Source of the DNA: the human T2T-CHM13v2.0 reference genome, Homo sapiens | DNA length: 64,000 nucleotides | NCBI RefSeq assembly: GCF_009914755.1 | Contig: NC_060926.1 | Direction: 5' to 3' (one strand) | Part shown: in pieces, positions 37,533 to 53,918 of the stretch | Layout: each line of letters begins with the position of its first letter | How positions within the stretch are numbered: the stretch's first letter is position 1 | Program-made: the position numbers and the translations under genes | The notes under the pieces: model-generated | Told to the model about the DNA's origin: nothing | The model's input: the letters and a program-made list of their open reading frames with translations, nothing else | The model's database searches: none

Positions 37533-39581
37533 AACAGATTGCCTGCAGTCACCTCTTTGATTATTGTTTTCTTTTGTTAAATTATTTCCTCTATTCTCTC
37601 TTCTTGGAGTGCAGAGAACCTTAGGATTCATATGCTACCCTTCCTATTGGTACAAGAGGACACGGAAGCCCATTGAGATGAAAATAATTGTCCAAATCAC
37701 GTAAGCAGTTAAAGTCAGGCCCGGGACTGAGTCCATGGCTGAGACCAATCCATGCTAGCTAATGTTCCTCTTGTTCTTCCGAGCTCAGTAGTGAGTTTGT
37801 GGAGGTGAGGGACTGGGTATCATACTCACTGTGGGTCAAGTAGCTGCTCAGGAACATTTGCAAATGAAAGAATGAATACCACTTGGCTTTCTGAGTAATA
37901 TAAGGATAATGTGGTTCCCAGCCTTAATAAACAGCTCTAGCAGACTAAACATATTGATAGTAAGCCCTCAACTGTTAGATATACTCATTCAGAAATAATA
38001 TCAGAAGATCAACTGCTGAGCAGAATTTTCATGTTAAAACTATTTCACTAGGAGTACTGGTACAGGTCGGTGTTAGACTCATTACTGAAAACTCACTTGA
38101 AGAACTCTATTAGCTTTACATATTTCTAGCAGATTAAACTTAGATTACTTACTTTTAAATTATTATTGGAAGTTAGTCTAAGTTATTTTCCAATATAGAA
38201 TCATTGTCTTAATTTAATAATTCTTGCTTCACAATAACATAATTTGGAACGGAAATTAGATTCCAGAGTGCCCTTGTAATTACAAATTGAAAAATCCTTT
38301 TCTGACTCAAAAGGGGGCTTACTGGTGACAAATTCCATTATCAGCAACATTCTCATCAGAGGCTCAGATGAGGTGGTGCCTTCTGATGCATTCTTAAGTG
38401 GGTAATGGGTAGAAGAGTTAGGTGTGAGGTTATTGCTAAATACGAATAACCATGAATTATACAAGATTTATTACTCAGAAACCAACAGAGTAGAGCCTTG
38501 CAATTCATTGCTTTAACATTCATGAATTCAGTTATTTATGAAACAGTGACCCAGAGGATCCATGTCATGTAGTGGTTTGTCATTTGAATCAGGTGAAGCC
38601 CCTGTGCAGGGGAAAATCACTTAGCTGGTGACAAGCCAACCACCCAATTGTTTTTAGCCCATTATCACATATGTAGGAAGTCATGAACTAGTCAAAACTG
38701 TTTTCTTTGTGAAAGAAGGCCTGGTGATGGGAGTGCAGAGGAATAACATGTTCCTAGAAAGTGATGATTCTTTACCAAAAAACAGAAATCTGGGACCAAT
38801 TAAAAAGCCGGCATGCTGTATTTGGCAATAGATTGAATCTCTGAAATGCATAGTCCAGAACCAAGAAGAGCAATTTCTGGAAATACCTCAGTGAGTGTAC
38901 TGGCCAGTGTAAAATTTCACTTTCTGGGACAATTATGATCCATCCGTTTTTTATAGGAGGCCCAGTAATGATATCTTGACTGAATTGCCTTTTTGAGTTA
39001 CAATCATTAATCTTGAAGGTCATTTGAGATGTCTCAAGTCTCTTATTTAAGTCTTTGAGATCAAGTAAAATCCCTAGCATGTATCAATAGCCACCTGTAT
39101 CAAACATTGTGTATGTTTTTTAAATAAAGAATATCTGGCTATAGGATTCCCTTAGCCTCTTTGGAAGAAATTATCTTGAATAGGGAAGATAGTGAAGAAC
39201 TGGTATGTCCAAGTAGAACTAGGAATTAGAGCAATAGTCTGGATCCTGGAGCTCAGAAAATGGGCAGTAAGTCAGGGACAAAAGGTGGCTTCTTAATCTG
39301 TTGTTAAAAATTACTTAGAGTAGAAATTCACATTGAGCCAGTCCATCAAGCTCCCAGTATCACTAAAGAAAACCTGTGGTACTACCACTCCCCCTTGTTT
39401 ATATCTGACCTCCCACAAGGCTCCTTTTTTGTATGTGTAGTGCTTTCCCTATTCCAGACACATTTTTATGTTTTTTAATTATAACATGGACAAAGGATAG
39501 CATTGACATAAACCCCAAATTTTAATAAATGACTTTCCTGAAAATGAGAGTAGCAGTGACTTTAAAAATGGTAAGAAAAGG

Positions 39582-39927
<346 letters not shown>

Positions 39928-41474
39928 TCATCCTCCTCATTTGCTAGGTAGGAGATCTGCAGTGCCTTCACAAGACTAGGGAGGCAGATGCATCCACTCA
40001 ATATAGGGATAGAGTCTTTCAGCCATCAGCAGGAGATGTTCAGGTAATTAACTTCCCCTCATAAAACCAAGGATCAGAACAAGAGCAGAGAAGCACTGTT
40101 TGAACTGTGAGGAAGCCATGGCAGCATGAGAGGGTCTTGTAGACAGAAAGCTTTCAGAGGTGGGAGCCGTAACAAGCCAAGGCCTGAAGCAGACACACAA
40201 CTTCCACAGGAAGCATTCTACCATCTTTCATGTTGAGACACCCTGTCTAGTCTTACCAGTGGCTCTGGTGGAAGAGCTTCTACTTTCCTCTGGCTGGACT
40301 TCATCTTCTGAATGGGTTAAGGAGACTGCCAGAGGTCTAAACTTCTGGGGATTCAGTTGTTACAGAGAAGTCCCTATGGTATGGAGGCCCTAGGTTGTTC
40401 CTCATGGGCGCTCTCTCTGTCTAGGGCTCCAGCCCCAAGACCCTTGGTGTACAGACAGATTGCCCTTGTATTCCATCTTGCAGGCCTGCCCTGGCTCCCA
40501 TTCCTAGCCCATTTGTTCACTGTGTCTCAGGGGGCGAGGCTCCGCCTGTGTGGCTGGGTAGCCTATCAGCACCTGGCTGGTGGACAGCACTATAGCTGTC
40601 CTATGACTAAAGGTTGCTCTTCTGACCTTTCTTAGCCACTCCACTAATAAAGGGTTATTTTTGTGTTGGTTTGGTTTGTATGTTTAGCTGATTTCATGAT
40701 AAAGGAACTTTGTAATCAAACACTTTTTCAGCTAGATTCTAAGCAATTTTAAATATTATGTAAGAGATCAAATAACTATCAGTGTAAGATGCAGACTACA
40801 GACTGAAAAATGAGAAGGTTAGGATGATGACTGTGTGTTTTGATGGAAGCAGTGCAGGACTTCCCAGGAGACTGGGCTTCTGGCCCTGCCTTGACATTCA
40901 TAGGTAAATGACCCTTGGGCAAGTCATTTGGCTTTTCTAAGTCACTGTTTTCTTTACTCATATCTACGAATTTCTGATTAAGACAACTTTTCTTCTCCTT
41001 TGACAAGTAAGTCTTGTAGACAGAATCATTCCCACATTTGTATGTAATATTGATTCCCCTATTCTCTTGTAGTTAAAGCTTCAAATCTCTAATTCATCTT
41101 TTTTGTAGGAAGGATTAGATTGATTTATTGAAAATTCTGAGCTATAGAATACTGTAGAAGAAGCCTGGGCTTTCTGCTTAAAGTTCATATATACAGAAAA
41201 TCTAGGCTTGTGGATGACAAAGCGTTTTCTGTACCTCATTGCTTTTATTAAAATACCCAACTTATTATAGTGTCTCTTATTTAGCAGTTGGTTAAATATT
41301 CCTGGAGTTAATGAGTAAGAATCTTCTATCTTGTAACAAATAGATGTAGAGCTTTGGTAAGAAGTACACATATTACTTGTTTGAGTGTTTCTCAAGTGAT
41401 TCAGAATGCTTTACTTACATTCGCTCTTAAGGCAAAATACTTCCATTATTCTTACAGTTCATTGTCTTAGGAAA

Positions 41475-41875
41475 CTTGTTGCAGAAGTTTCTAATTGTCC
41501 CCATATACATGTGTTCATTCTCCTCTTCCTGCGTAGATATAAAATGTTTAAAGATACAGTCACCCAGAATAAAGACACCGTTGAGGGAGGTGTGGCCACG
41601 TGACTGAGTCCTGGTCCATGAAGTGAGCATAAATGACAGTGCTCCTTTTCCCATAATGCTGTTTAGAGTTGCGCCTTCCCCTTCTACTTTTCCCCTCTCC
41701 CACAGTTGGAATACCATATGGACAAGGGCTGCACCGTAGGGATTGAATGGGCAAAAAAGCTGAAAGGAACTTAGGTCCCTAGCACCTGTGTGGAGCCCAA
41801 TCCCCATAACATTTATAGAATTAAATTTCATGACACTCTTATTGCACATAACACAAATTCCCAACTACTGGCATG
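41475..41875. mobile_element. MaLR (MLT1-type) LTR remnant
   Basis: gtggccacgtgactgagtcctggtccatgaagtgag is an MLT1-like motif. Confidence 0.55.
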
Positions 41876-42342
41876 TGGCTTTGTGAGAGCTGTTTCACCA
41901 TAATCTGTTGAGACTTATTTGTGGAATCATGATGTCCCGTGACATTTGAAAATGGAAGAGAATCCTGGAATATGGGAGCAACACTGACGCAGAACACAGT
42001 GTTCACTTTGGAAGCAGTCATGATCTCTTCTTGCTGTGGAAGCCTCAACAGTTTGCCTGTTCCCTCCATTGTACTCCTCTCTGAATTCTCTCTCAGGCCT
42101 AGATGCTGGGCTCTGTGTGGGTTGCTGTATGGTATAGAAGAGGATGAGATTGGCGGGGACGGCTCTTGTTCAGGTCCATCAAGACTGTCGCTGTCCTCTA
42201 TACCTTGAGCCAGCTCTACTGTGCATTTATAGAAAAGAGAGACCAGCACACAGAAAGAGAGAAAGCAGCTGTTTTTAGGGGGAGGAGAGAAGATGGTGGA
42301 GCTTACAAGAGACTGATGTTTGCAAGTGGATATGGTATAAAG

Positions 42343-42498
42343 TAGTAGTTCTCAAAGCACGGTGCCTAGACAGCAGCATCAGGAGCCTGTGAATTTGTTA
42401 GAAGCACACATCCTGAGGCTTCACCCAAGACCAGGGGATAAGATTTGGCAATCTGTGCTTAAAAAAGCGTTTGCCTTGCTCACTTCTGAGAACCAGTG
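42343..42498. mobile_element. MER5-family MITE with 8-bp TSD
   Basis: Terminal inverted repeats tagtagttctca / tgagaaccagtg. Flanks gtataaag / gtctaaag. Confidence 0.8.
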
Positions 42499-45409
42499 GT
42501 CTAAAGAGTGTTGGGAAGCCTGACAGTGGTAGTTACAAGGGTGTACCCTGATGGGAGTCCTGGGATCAAAAAGACTTGAACTAGAAGTAAGGGACCAGGT
42601 GAGGGAGCATTCCCTTCAGAGAGAGTTGTTAAAATAAGCCGGGGTTCTCATGATGCTGCTGAAAGGAGTGTAAGTACTGTACCTCCTGTGTTTGGGACCA
42701 AGGGTGTATCTAGCCTTAGGCTTCCATTCCAGCACATCCCGTCAGCCAGATGTGCAAAAGTTCCTCCGTATACACACTGTACTGCTTAAATTGCTGGTAT
42801 TTTGAAATAGAAAAAGGTGCTTATAAACCCATACTGACTGTGATGAACAGGGAGTACTTTTTCCACCTACCTCTGCTTGGGAGGCTGAACCCCATCTTGC
42901 CCTGGAAGATGGCTTTGAGCCAGAAGCCAAGCCCTTTAATGGCTATGAAGGGGGGAAAAAGTATGATTTCCATGTAAGGGCTACCAAGAATATAAGTACC
43001 TATTTAATAAATTATTTGTTGAAATGCCTTTTCTATTTTGGTAGTTGAAGTTTGAAAAATGTTTGGAGTACTATAATTATCATTTCTGGGAAAAAAATAC
43101 ACATTGCAGTATTTTTGTTTTTGCTACAGGTCAAGTTGTAGTTCAGGATGGAAAGTAAACACATCCCTTTGCTCAGCTGCAGCTCACATATTTGTAGTCT
43201 CTGGGTGCCCTCTTGGCAGTCGTGGTGGATACCCAAAGGACACAAACAGGGCATAGAAACGCGGGGCTCCATCAGGGGCTTGCCCCAGTGCAAGTCTGAT
43301 TAGGAAGTTTGCTGGAGCCGAAGGAATGGCCCAGAAGGGTGGAGATGCCTTCACAGAAGGAGTCCTAGGACCAGAATGAGGCTGTTCTCAGAGGCATGCC
43401 CACCTCTGGGAGGGGTCTGCAGAAGCACTTTCTCACCAGGGAGAGCCTTTATGGTATGGGTCTAAACACTGGGAGATCTTTGTTTGTTTTTGGAGGCACT
43501 CCTTACCATTCTATGCCATCTTGTCAATTTGACAACTTTGTAAACAGGGCCCATCCACACATCTTGAATGTAGAAATAGCTGAGAACAGTCTCCAGGAGA
43601 AATTACCTATATAAGGCTGCTTCCTTCCTTCTCTCCAGAGTGGAGACGATTTATAAAGAGAAAGTATTGGAAGCTGACAGAGAAACAGCACTTGAGAGTA
43701 AAACTTTTGGCATGTAAGAGGACTGTGTGTGTGTGTACCCATGCCTATGAGTGTGTGTCTGTGTTTCAGAATCAACTTTACCTTTCTGAGACATAGCAAG
43801 CATGGAGTGATTACATCTGTGCCTTGGGACATCGCGTTAGGTGTTAGGTTTAAAACAAACTGAGGAGAAAACATAAGAACCTGTGAGTACTCTGTGTGTG
43901 TGTATATGTATATACACATATATGTATGAAATGTTTTTATACTTACACACTTTATATTTTACATAATATGAAAAAGTATATATTCTTTTACTCTCCAAGG
44001 CAGTCTTGTAGAATAAATGTCTTTATGCCCTGTACACTCTATTCAGCACCCTCTTTTTGTTCTTGCTATATCATTTTAATTACATAAGTAAAGTCACTTT
44101 CAGAAATCTCAGATCAACACACGATATTCTTTGAAGTCTTTCTAAAAACATCTGAAATCCATATGCCACCTCTGGGACTCGGGAATTTTTTGACAATATT
44201 ACGATAATACCCTTGGTTTATTGTTCCTTGTCTTTAAAATCACGTAAGATCACACTTTCTACTACACTACTAAAAACTCTATAGAGTGTTGACAAATACT
44301 GGAGGTTTAAAGGAACATGACTGGCTGCTCCTTTAATTCAGCAAGCGTTTGTCGGTCTTCCTTGAATGAGCAGGAACTGAGCATCCTTGGAACCTGACTG
44401 CATAGGAAGGGCTCTCAGAACATCTGGTTGGAATATGTTCATAGGAGACACCCACAAGGGCCAGCCCCTCATTTTACAGATGAACACCAGACCCTTCACT
44501 CTGACATATTTAAAATCTGACATTTTATTATGTACTTTTTTCAAATTGCTGTCATTGTTGCACAAAGGAAGAACCAAGTTACCGTGTCCCTTCCTCAGTG
44601 GAGGAAAAGTTGATAGAGGTTTTATTTGTTGTTCTAAAATGGATGCCACCTTCCGGTAAACATTACTTGGGGAGTTCTTAATTTCTAATGTTTATGCCTC
44701 TGTGACATTTTCAAGCTGTTATAAAGAGTCTTCTTAAAATGTTGCTGAGCTGGCTATACAAATTTAGTTCATTTAATTTACCTCATTAGTCATTTGTCCC
44801 ATTCTCTAATAATTTTGATTCCTTTTTTGTGGGTCAGTGTTTATGGCAAAATGTGTTCGGTGGGGGAGGTATTCAGAGAAGACTGTAGTTTATTAGGTAA
44901 AATTAAACGTTTTGAAACCAGTCTTTAGTTCTTTGTACATTTATCTAAACCATCCTTAGGCCTTATTTTATTGCCAGATTTTTAAAAAAATAAATTCATT
45001 GTTACATTTTGAAATTTGTTATGGTGTGTGAATATATAAATATAATTATTTGAATGGCAATTTTTTCTGGGAGTAGGTTGGATATATTTTTCTGGTGTGA
45101 ATTAACAGATGAAATAAAATGTCTCTGAACTCAGTAAATATTTGAAAACTGTTTTAAAATTCAGTAGGATGCAAACAGGCCACATTTGGCATCCGGCTCT
45201 CCCACTCCCCAGTCCTTCCACCCCACTACCTCCCATAAAAGGCAAATCCTGGAAGCCACTCTGAACTTTTTTCCTTCCTCCCAGGAAGCTCTGACTTTTC
45301 CAGGAAGATTCCAGGGAACACTAGTTGGATCCGATTTCCTAAGAATTAAAGCAGCTTTAAATCTCCTGGGAGTGTAGAGGATGAAGGGGTTGAGGGTCCC
45401 TAGAACAAT

Positions 45410-45950
45410 AGGTCAGCATTGACTGCAGATTGGAGTCAGCTGGGGAACTGTAAAAAAAAATATATACCGATACCAGGGTACCACTTCCAGTAATTCTGTT
45501 TAATTGGAATTGGTCTGGGGTGCACTCTGAGCTTTTGGATTTTTAATCTTCTCCTAGGGTTTTTAATGGGCAGCCGAGGTTGACAGTCATTATTCTGGCA
45601 CTAAATTTTCAAACTATAGTATGCATGAGAATCACCTCTAGGGTTTGTTCAAACCCAGATTACCGAGCCCCACTCCCAGCATTTCTGATTCTGTAGGTCT
45701 GGTGGGCCTTAGAATTTGCACTTCTAGCGAGCTCCTTAGGAGATGCCGATGCTGCTGGTGCAAGGATCATTGTTTGAGAACCATCACTTTAGAGCAGTTC
45801 ATCTCAAACTTTACTGTGCATCTTGCTAAAATGCAGATTCTGATTCAGTAGGACTGGAGTGAGGTCTAAGTTTCTGCATTTCCAGCAAGCTCCCAAGCTC
45901 CCAGGTGTTGCTGAGGCTACTGGTCTAGGGGCCACACTTTAAGTAACAAA
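45410..45950. mobile_element. Three adjacent MER5-family elements
   Basis: Repeated MER5 motifs (gcatgagaatcacct; ttctgattc(t/a)gtagg; tgcatttc(t/c)agcaagctccc; tttgagaacca). Confidence 0.75.
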
Positions 45951-46212
45951 TCTCTAATCTAAAGCATCATTATGAATGCAATTCCATAACATCGTTTGGG
46001 AAGAAAAGATGTGTGGTTCAGGAGATTCCTAGAGGCACGGTGGGGCCGATATATGCCTTAGACCTGGTGGCAGGCAGAGATCTGGAGGGCTCAGTGCTTC
46101 TTTGGCACTTGGCCAGCTGTGGCTTGCCAGGGTGTTGGAACATGCCCTTGGCGAAGCTGTACTGTCAATAGGGAGCTTCATTGTAAAGATTCTCTGTTTG
46201 CTTGGAGTAAGG

Positions 46213-46393
46213 CAGTGGTTCTCAGGCCCAATTGCACAATAGAATCACCCTGGGAGCTATTTAAACAAGTACTAATGCCCAGGCTCCTCCCCCAGAATTT
46301 CTGATTTAATTGGTTTGAGGTGGGATCCAGACAGTGGTATTTTTAAAATCTTTGTGAGTGATTTTAATGCACAGCCAGGGTTGAGAACCACTG
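46213..46393. mobile_element. MER5-family MITE, full length
   Basis: Perfect 12-bp terminal inverted repeats cagtggttctca / tgagaaccactg. Confidence 0.85.
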
Positions 46394-47109
46394 AATTAAG
46401 AAATCACGTTACAGTCTTACAGATCACTTTTTTCCCTTTATATTTGGCTAAGTTATACTGCACAGTGATGCAAACTAGCTTTATTAGGTAGTCAAAAACA
46501 ATTTAATATGGCATTTTTGACAAACCACCAAGAAAAGACTCTGCAAAGATTCCGTCGCTGTTAAATCCTAAATTCGGAGTCTTAAGATAGTGCTGGGAAA
46601 GTGCAGTGGGTGTTTCTGAACGAGCTTGAAATATGAAATATTTCTGGGACTGTATCAACAAGTCTAATTTTTTCCCCTTGGGGTTATGATTGTGCGGAAC
46701 AAGTCTTCACAGCAAAGCTTGCCAAAAAAGGTTATGATAAAATCATGGAATGTGTATGAAAAGAATTCACAGTGTAACTTTAAAGGAGTCAGTCTCTAAA
46801 TTTAAAAACTTAGGGATGACATACGTATTACATTTGTAATAAAAGTTTTAAGAACAAAGTAATGCTGAATATAAGAAAGTTCCTCCTTTTATCACATGAT
46901 ATCTCTAAGGCCAAGGAACAAGTGAAATAGAACAGCCAGCAAGAAAGTAATGAGGATACGCTAAAGACACTGAACCTCTTTATCTTTGCAAATTAATTTT
47001 GTCCTCTGTATTTAAGCAAAAATGTAGCTATTGACTAAATATACAGATACCAGCAACGCCGAGTAGGAAAGTTGAAGCTCTTCTTGCTTTTGGCATTATG
47101 GACGACTAG

Positions 47110-47300
47110 TGGGAAAATCATGGGCTTTGGCAGTTCTGCCACTTGCTTTGTGACCTTGGCCAAGTTTCTTATCCTCTCTGGGTCTCTCTCTTCATCTGTC
47201 AAGTAGACATGAAGATATAATCTCTTCTTCACACAGGAGTACAAAGGCGTGTGAGAATGAGTAGAGGCGTGCCCCACACGTAGGAGATGCTCAATTAGTA
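47110..47300 (+). mobile_element. MIR
   Basis: tctgccacttgctttgtgaccttggccaagtttcttatcctctctg. Confidence 0.75.
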
Positions 47301-47991
47301 GAGATTTCTTTCATTTCTCCAGCATGACCATGAGAATTTAATGCTTAATAAGAAGCATTATCCATCAAAACATTTTTCTTGTTGAGTCTTTATTGGTATT
47401 TTCTGCCTATTAATTGTATCAGTTTAGATTTCTTATTAATAATCATGAAGTCTGTTTTTCCACTTGAAGAGTAGGCCCTTTCTTCTTGCTTTAGAGCCAT
47501 CATTTTTGCCATTCCCTTTGTCTGGAACACTCTTGCTTTGTGTTTTGTGTGCTTTCTCCCTTCTTTCATGCAAGCCTGTGTTGCGATGCCATGTCAGAGA
47601 TACCTTCCTTCACTCGCCTGGTGACACATGGCACCCGTATCACTGAATATGCTGCAAAGCCTTTATCATAACCTGGCATGGTGCTGTGTAGCTTTTTATT
47701 GTCTGTCTTCTCCAGAATTGTAATTCTCAAGGTTGGTCTCCCTGTGCTACTGAGTGACCAAGGGCCCCCGTGATACTCTAGGCTGATACCACGGCTACTC
47801 TAGGGCTTTAGATTATAAAAGACATCAGAGGGAGGTGTCGGAAAAAACAGTGACCCCAGACTCTTCTCTTGACTTTGTGTTCTACCTACTAAATTTCCGC
47901 TATCAAATATAATCCAAATTTGGGGTCCTTTGAATTCCCCGAAGTAGCTTGAACCGCCCAAGGATTGTCTCAGGATGGCTGTGTATCTCAC

Positions 47992-48035
47992 TGTGTGTGT
48001 GTGTGTGTGTGAGTGAGAGAGAGACAGAGAGAGAG
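47992..48035. repeat. Compound (TG)n(GA)n microsatellite
   Basis: Directly visible. Confidence 0.9.
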
Positions 48036-48258
48036 AATGAAGAACGAGAAGAGATTTCAAAATAGAAGTTTTCAGTGTCAGATGTATGGGACTCTACAAA
48101 CTTTAAATAGAAATAATGGTAATCTGCCAATGTAATTTTTATCTTCTTTTTTTTTCCTCTTACTACCAGTAGTTTTTCATTTGTCTTTGTGTTTTATTTA
48201 AATTTGCTTTTAAGCAGAAGCTCTTGCATGCATTTGCTTCTCGTAGATCATGATTGTA

Positions 48259-48337
48259 TTAGGTTGGTGCAAAAGTAATCGCAGTTTTTGTCATTACTTT
48301 CAATGGCAAAAACAGCGATTGCTTTTGCACCAACCTA
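48259..48337. mobile_element. MADE1 (Hsmar1-derived MITE), palindromic, TA TSD
   Basis: ttaggttggtgcaaaagtaatcgcagtttttgtcatt-actttc-aatggcaaaaacagcgattgcttttgcaccaaccta, flanked by ta on both sides. Confidence 0.95.
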
Positions 48338-48599
48338 TACTTCCTTGACATATGGACCTGAAGAGGGCCTAAAAATGGCCAAGATCCAGTCATACACATT
48401 AAAGTGACCAGGATTGATAGAAACTTTCCAGGGTTATGGTAAAATCATTTTATATTGGGTGAGCCTGTCAATATTTTAATACTAACTTCTTAAAGATTAT
48501 TAAGATGATGAAACCAGGTTATTTTTCCATAGTTACTTCTGTTGCAAGTGATATTGTCACTTTGGTCTTTCTATATCTGGGCAGGCTTTTTTTTTTTTT

Positions 48600-50310
<1,711 letters not shown>

Positions 50311-50513
50311 ACATTCTTACATCCCTTCTAGCCGTCAAACTCTGATCGACTTACACTTAAGACTGTGTCTTTGGTAGCCTACCCTATTCCACTTTTATTA
50401 CAAAGGCAGCTCTTAAGACATAAATCCATCTCTTCAGGCTCGAACTGCAAAACACACGTCGAGAGGTGACAATGTTGGGACTGTCAAAAAGAACTTAAAG
50501 AGTGGGATAACCA

Positions 50514-50902
<389 letters not shown>

Positions 50903-51469
50903 CTAAATATTTTGTAAAATAAAAATGTAATAGAATATGATAAGAATATATTAATGACAGCAAATTAACAAGAGTAGGAATTAAGTGCTATTTGCAATCA
51001 AAGTCACAAAGCTTTTCTTAATTATAAAACAATGTGTTTGCCAGATAAGCAGTCTACCAAATGCAGTTTACAAACTCCAACTTAATCTGCATACATTCAA
51101 GATTCGCCTTCTCCTCCTCACCTCTTTGATTTATTCTCCTCCACACTGATGGGGCTCTGAGAGTGGAATTCCTTATTAGTTAATCATGTTCTCTTCTCAC
51201 GGCAGTTCCTTGGGGGGTTATACTATGAAAGTGGGCTAGATGGATTCTCTGAGACTCCTGTTTGACCCAAGCACATGTGGCGTATAGGCTGTAGCTCCCA
51301 TGAGACATGCAGTGAGATAAGACTGGTAAGAGGGAGCAGGGATGTAGCTAACCCGGTAGCTTTAACAAAAACCACATTTCTGAAAGGGAAGGAGCTGTGC
51401 CCAGAGAAATCAGCTGATGACTCAGGATCACAGTAGTGATTCCTGAGACAGGAGTCATATTATTACAGA

Positions 51470-51620
51470 GGAACATAGCTGGAACTGGATGGACCAAGTT
51501 TCACATCACCACATCACCATTTACTAGCTGTGTGACCTTGGGCAAATAAATCTGAATCTCAGTTTCATCATCTGTAAAATGGAGCAAATAATAACTAACC
51601 TTCTGGGGTTATTGTGACAT
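51470..51620 (+). mobile_element. MIR
   Basis: catttactagctgtgtgaccttgggcaa...ctcagtttcatcatctgtaaaatgg. Confidence 0.85.
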
Positions 51621-52169
51621 GAGCACATGGCATGTGTGTTAATGAAGTCTGTTCTTAGGACAGAGGCTGTTTTATTTTCCATTCTGCTTTAAGCTGCTTA
51701 TTGGATATTGGCATGTGGGTGATAGCCACAGGGAGGGTAGAGGCCTGCAAATGAATGTTTCCCCTGAGTGAGGCACAGGTGCCATGAAGTGGTATTCTAT
51801 CCAACAGGAAAATTAAGTGTAGTCATAAGGTAGGTGGCAGAAGGAAGGCAGCATTAAGACTCAACCCATCTCATCTCGTTCTCCAACACACCCGGTACCC
51901 AGCTGTGGTAAACAGTGCTAGTATTTGTCTTCCTCCATATTCTTTCTTGCCAAGTGCCTTTCCAACCTCCTCCCACGTCTCCTTCCTCCCCAGATATTGT
52001 GTGCCTTCCTGTTGTTGCCCAGGTTCCCAAAGTCCTATCTTTCTAAGAAGGGACCTGTTTTTCTGAATTATTCTCTTCCTCTTTCTATATAATCAAATCT
52101 CTAATTTGTCCCATAGTGAACGGTACAGTCTTGAAAATGGCATAAGGGGTTCTAAATCGCCAGGTACCC

Positions 52170-52625
52170 CTGCTGCTCATCCAACCTCATCTCCTGTTTG
52201 TCCTCTCACTGTGCCTCAGCCACACTGACGTTCTTACTCTTCCTGGGACACACAAGCCTGCGTCAGCAGTTCCTTCTGCTGGGATGCTCTTCTCCAAAGT
52301 ATCTCCGTGGCTCGTCCCCTCACTCCTTCAAGTCTTTGTTCAGCCGTAAACTTCTCAATCATGCCCATCCATTCTCACCACATTGTAACTGCTACCCACT
52401 TCTTCTAAGCATTCCAATTCCCTCTTACTCTGTTCTTGTTTTCCCCTCATAGCACATATCACCCTTTACTACTATATAATTTGCTTCTTTATAATGTTTG
52501 TTACTTATGTTCTGTCATCCTCCACCACCATATCAACTAACAAGGTCAGGAACCTGTGTCTTTCCTCTTTACTGACATATCCCAAGCTGCTGAAGCAACA
52601 GGTGCTCAGTCAATGTTTCAGTGAA
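52170..52625 (+). mobile_element. L2 3' region
   Basis: cactccttcaagtctttgttcag...ggtgctcagtcaatgtttcagtgaat. Confidence 0.7.
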
Positions 52626-52779
52626 TTTACTAGAACTATAAGTATGAAGAGTCTCCTATATTATGTCTTAGGTAGACAAGAAATAGATAAGGAAGAGGAA
52701 AGATACAGCAATCAAGGTAGAAAATGACTAGAGGAACAGGCATGGTTTTAAAAAGAGATCCACTGCTATGATATCAAGA

Positions 52780-52935
52780 CCTGAGTGGACTGGAATGAGG
52801 TGACCTGGATTCTTGCTTTAAGTTTACCAATGACCTTAGCCAGGTCACTTAAGCTCTGGGGCCTCAGACGTTCTTTATCTACAAAATGAGAAAACTAAAC
52901 TAGGTGACCTTTTGGGTCTTATCCTACTACCCAAT
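52780..52935 (+). mobile_element. MIR
   Basis: tgaccttagccaggtcacttaagctctggggcctcag...tctacaaaatgag. Confidence 0.7.
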
Positions 52936-53918
52936 TCTGTGTTTGGGTTTTACTTTAGGAAGACCAATTAACACTTACGGAAACATTGCCTGGTACTAAC
53001 TGGCATCAATTTCACCTAATGTCTCCTGAACTCCCCATCTCCCACCAAAGGTCCTGGGCTGGGATGATGTCTTTTAGTCTATTTCCATCTTTTCCTCAAG
53101 GGCCTTATGTTCGTATAGGTCTCTTAAAACTCAACCCAAGAAGCTAAACTGTGGACTGGGGTTTCAGAAGCCAGGGCTTTGCTCCTCCATCGTAAAATCT
53201 GAGTAAACCCACATTGTTTTATTTTTCGCATCTCTAAAATTGAGATACAGCAATGGGTCGGCAGATAATATTAGACAGAGGGGAATAAGGTGCATTTGAT
53301 GGAGCTCTGCTAGAAATAGAAGCACATCAGGTGCCATTTCAGGAAATTACACGGGAATTTGGCTCATTATCCATCTTGCTAAGCTGCCACATCGTAAAGT
53401 CACAGACTATTAATAGAATACCATTGATAACTCAGAGTGTGCAGGTAGAGTTCCTCCATGTTGATTGTCGTACACATTGTCTCCAGTTTCTGAAGTAGCC
53501 ATGATTTGTTTGTGTTTTAAGGTACACTGTTTTCAAAGAACAGCCTTTAAAGCTCTTTTGAATTCAAAGATCTTTCAGTTACTCAAGGAATGGGTCCAGT
53601 TTTCAGATTCTCCACGCCATGGGTGCATCTTCCCTTCAGCTTTCTTCATTTTGGTCATTGCTCCAGATGTTCATTGTTTAACACAAGTGGGTAGGGAGAC
53701 GGAGAAGAAGGGAATTTCAGGCTCATATTTTGGTGTCATGGGCAGATCTTGGGTGAGGTTTTCATTGTTAGTTAAACTAAGTTTGAAGGTTTACACTGAA
53801 TTTCTTTCCCTACCGTCCTCTTTGGCTACTTAAATAGATCATCAGGACTGTTTGTTCTTCTGTTGAAAGTGCCCCACACTGCCCTGGGCATAAGCTAAAT
53901 TCTTTCTCTCCCTTTTAG

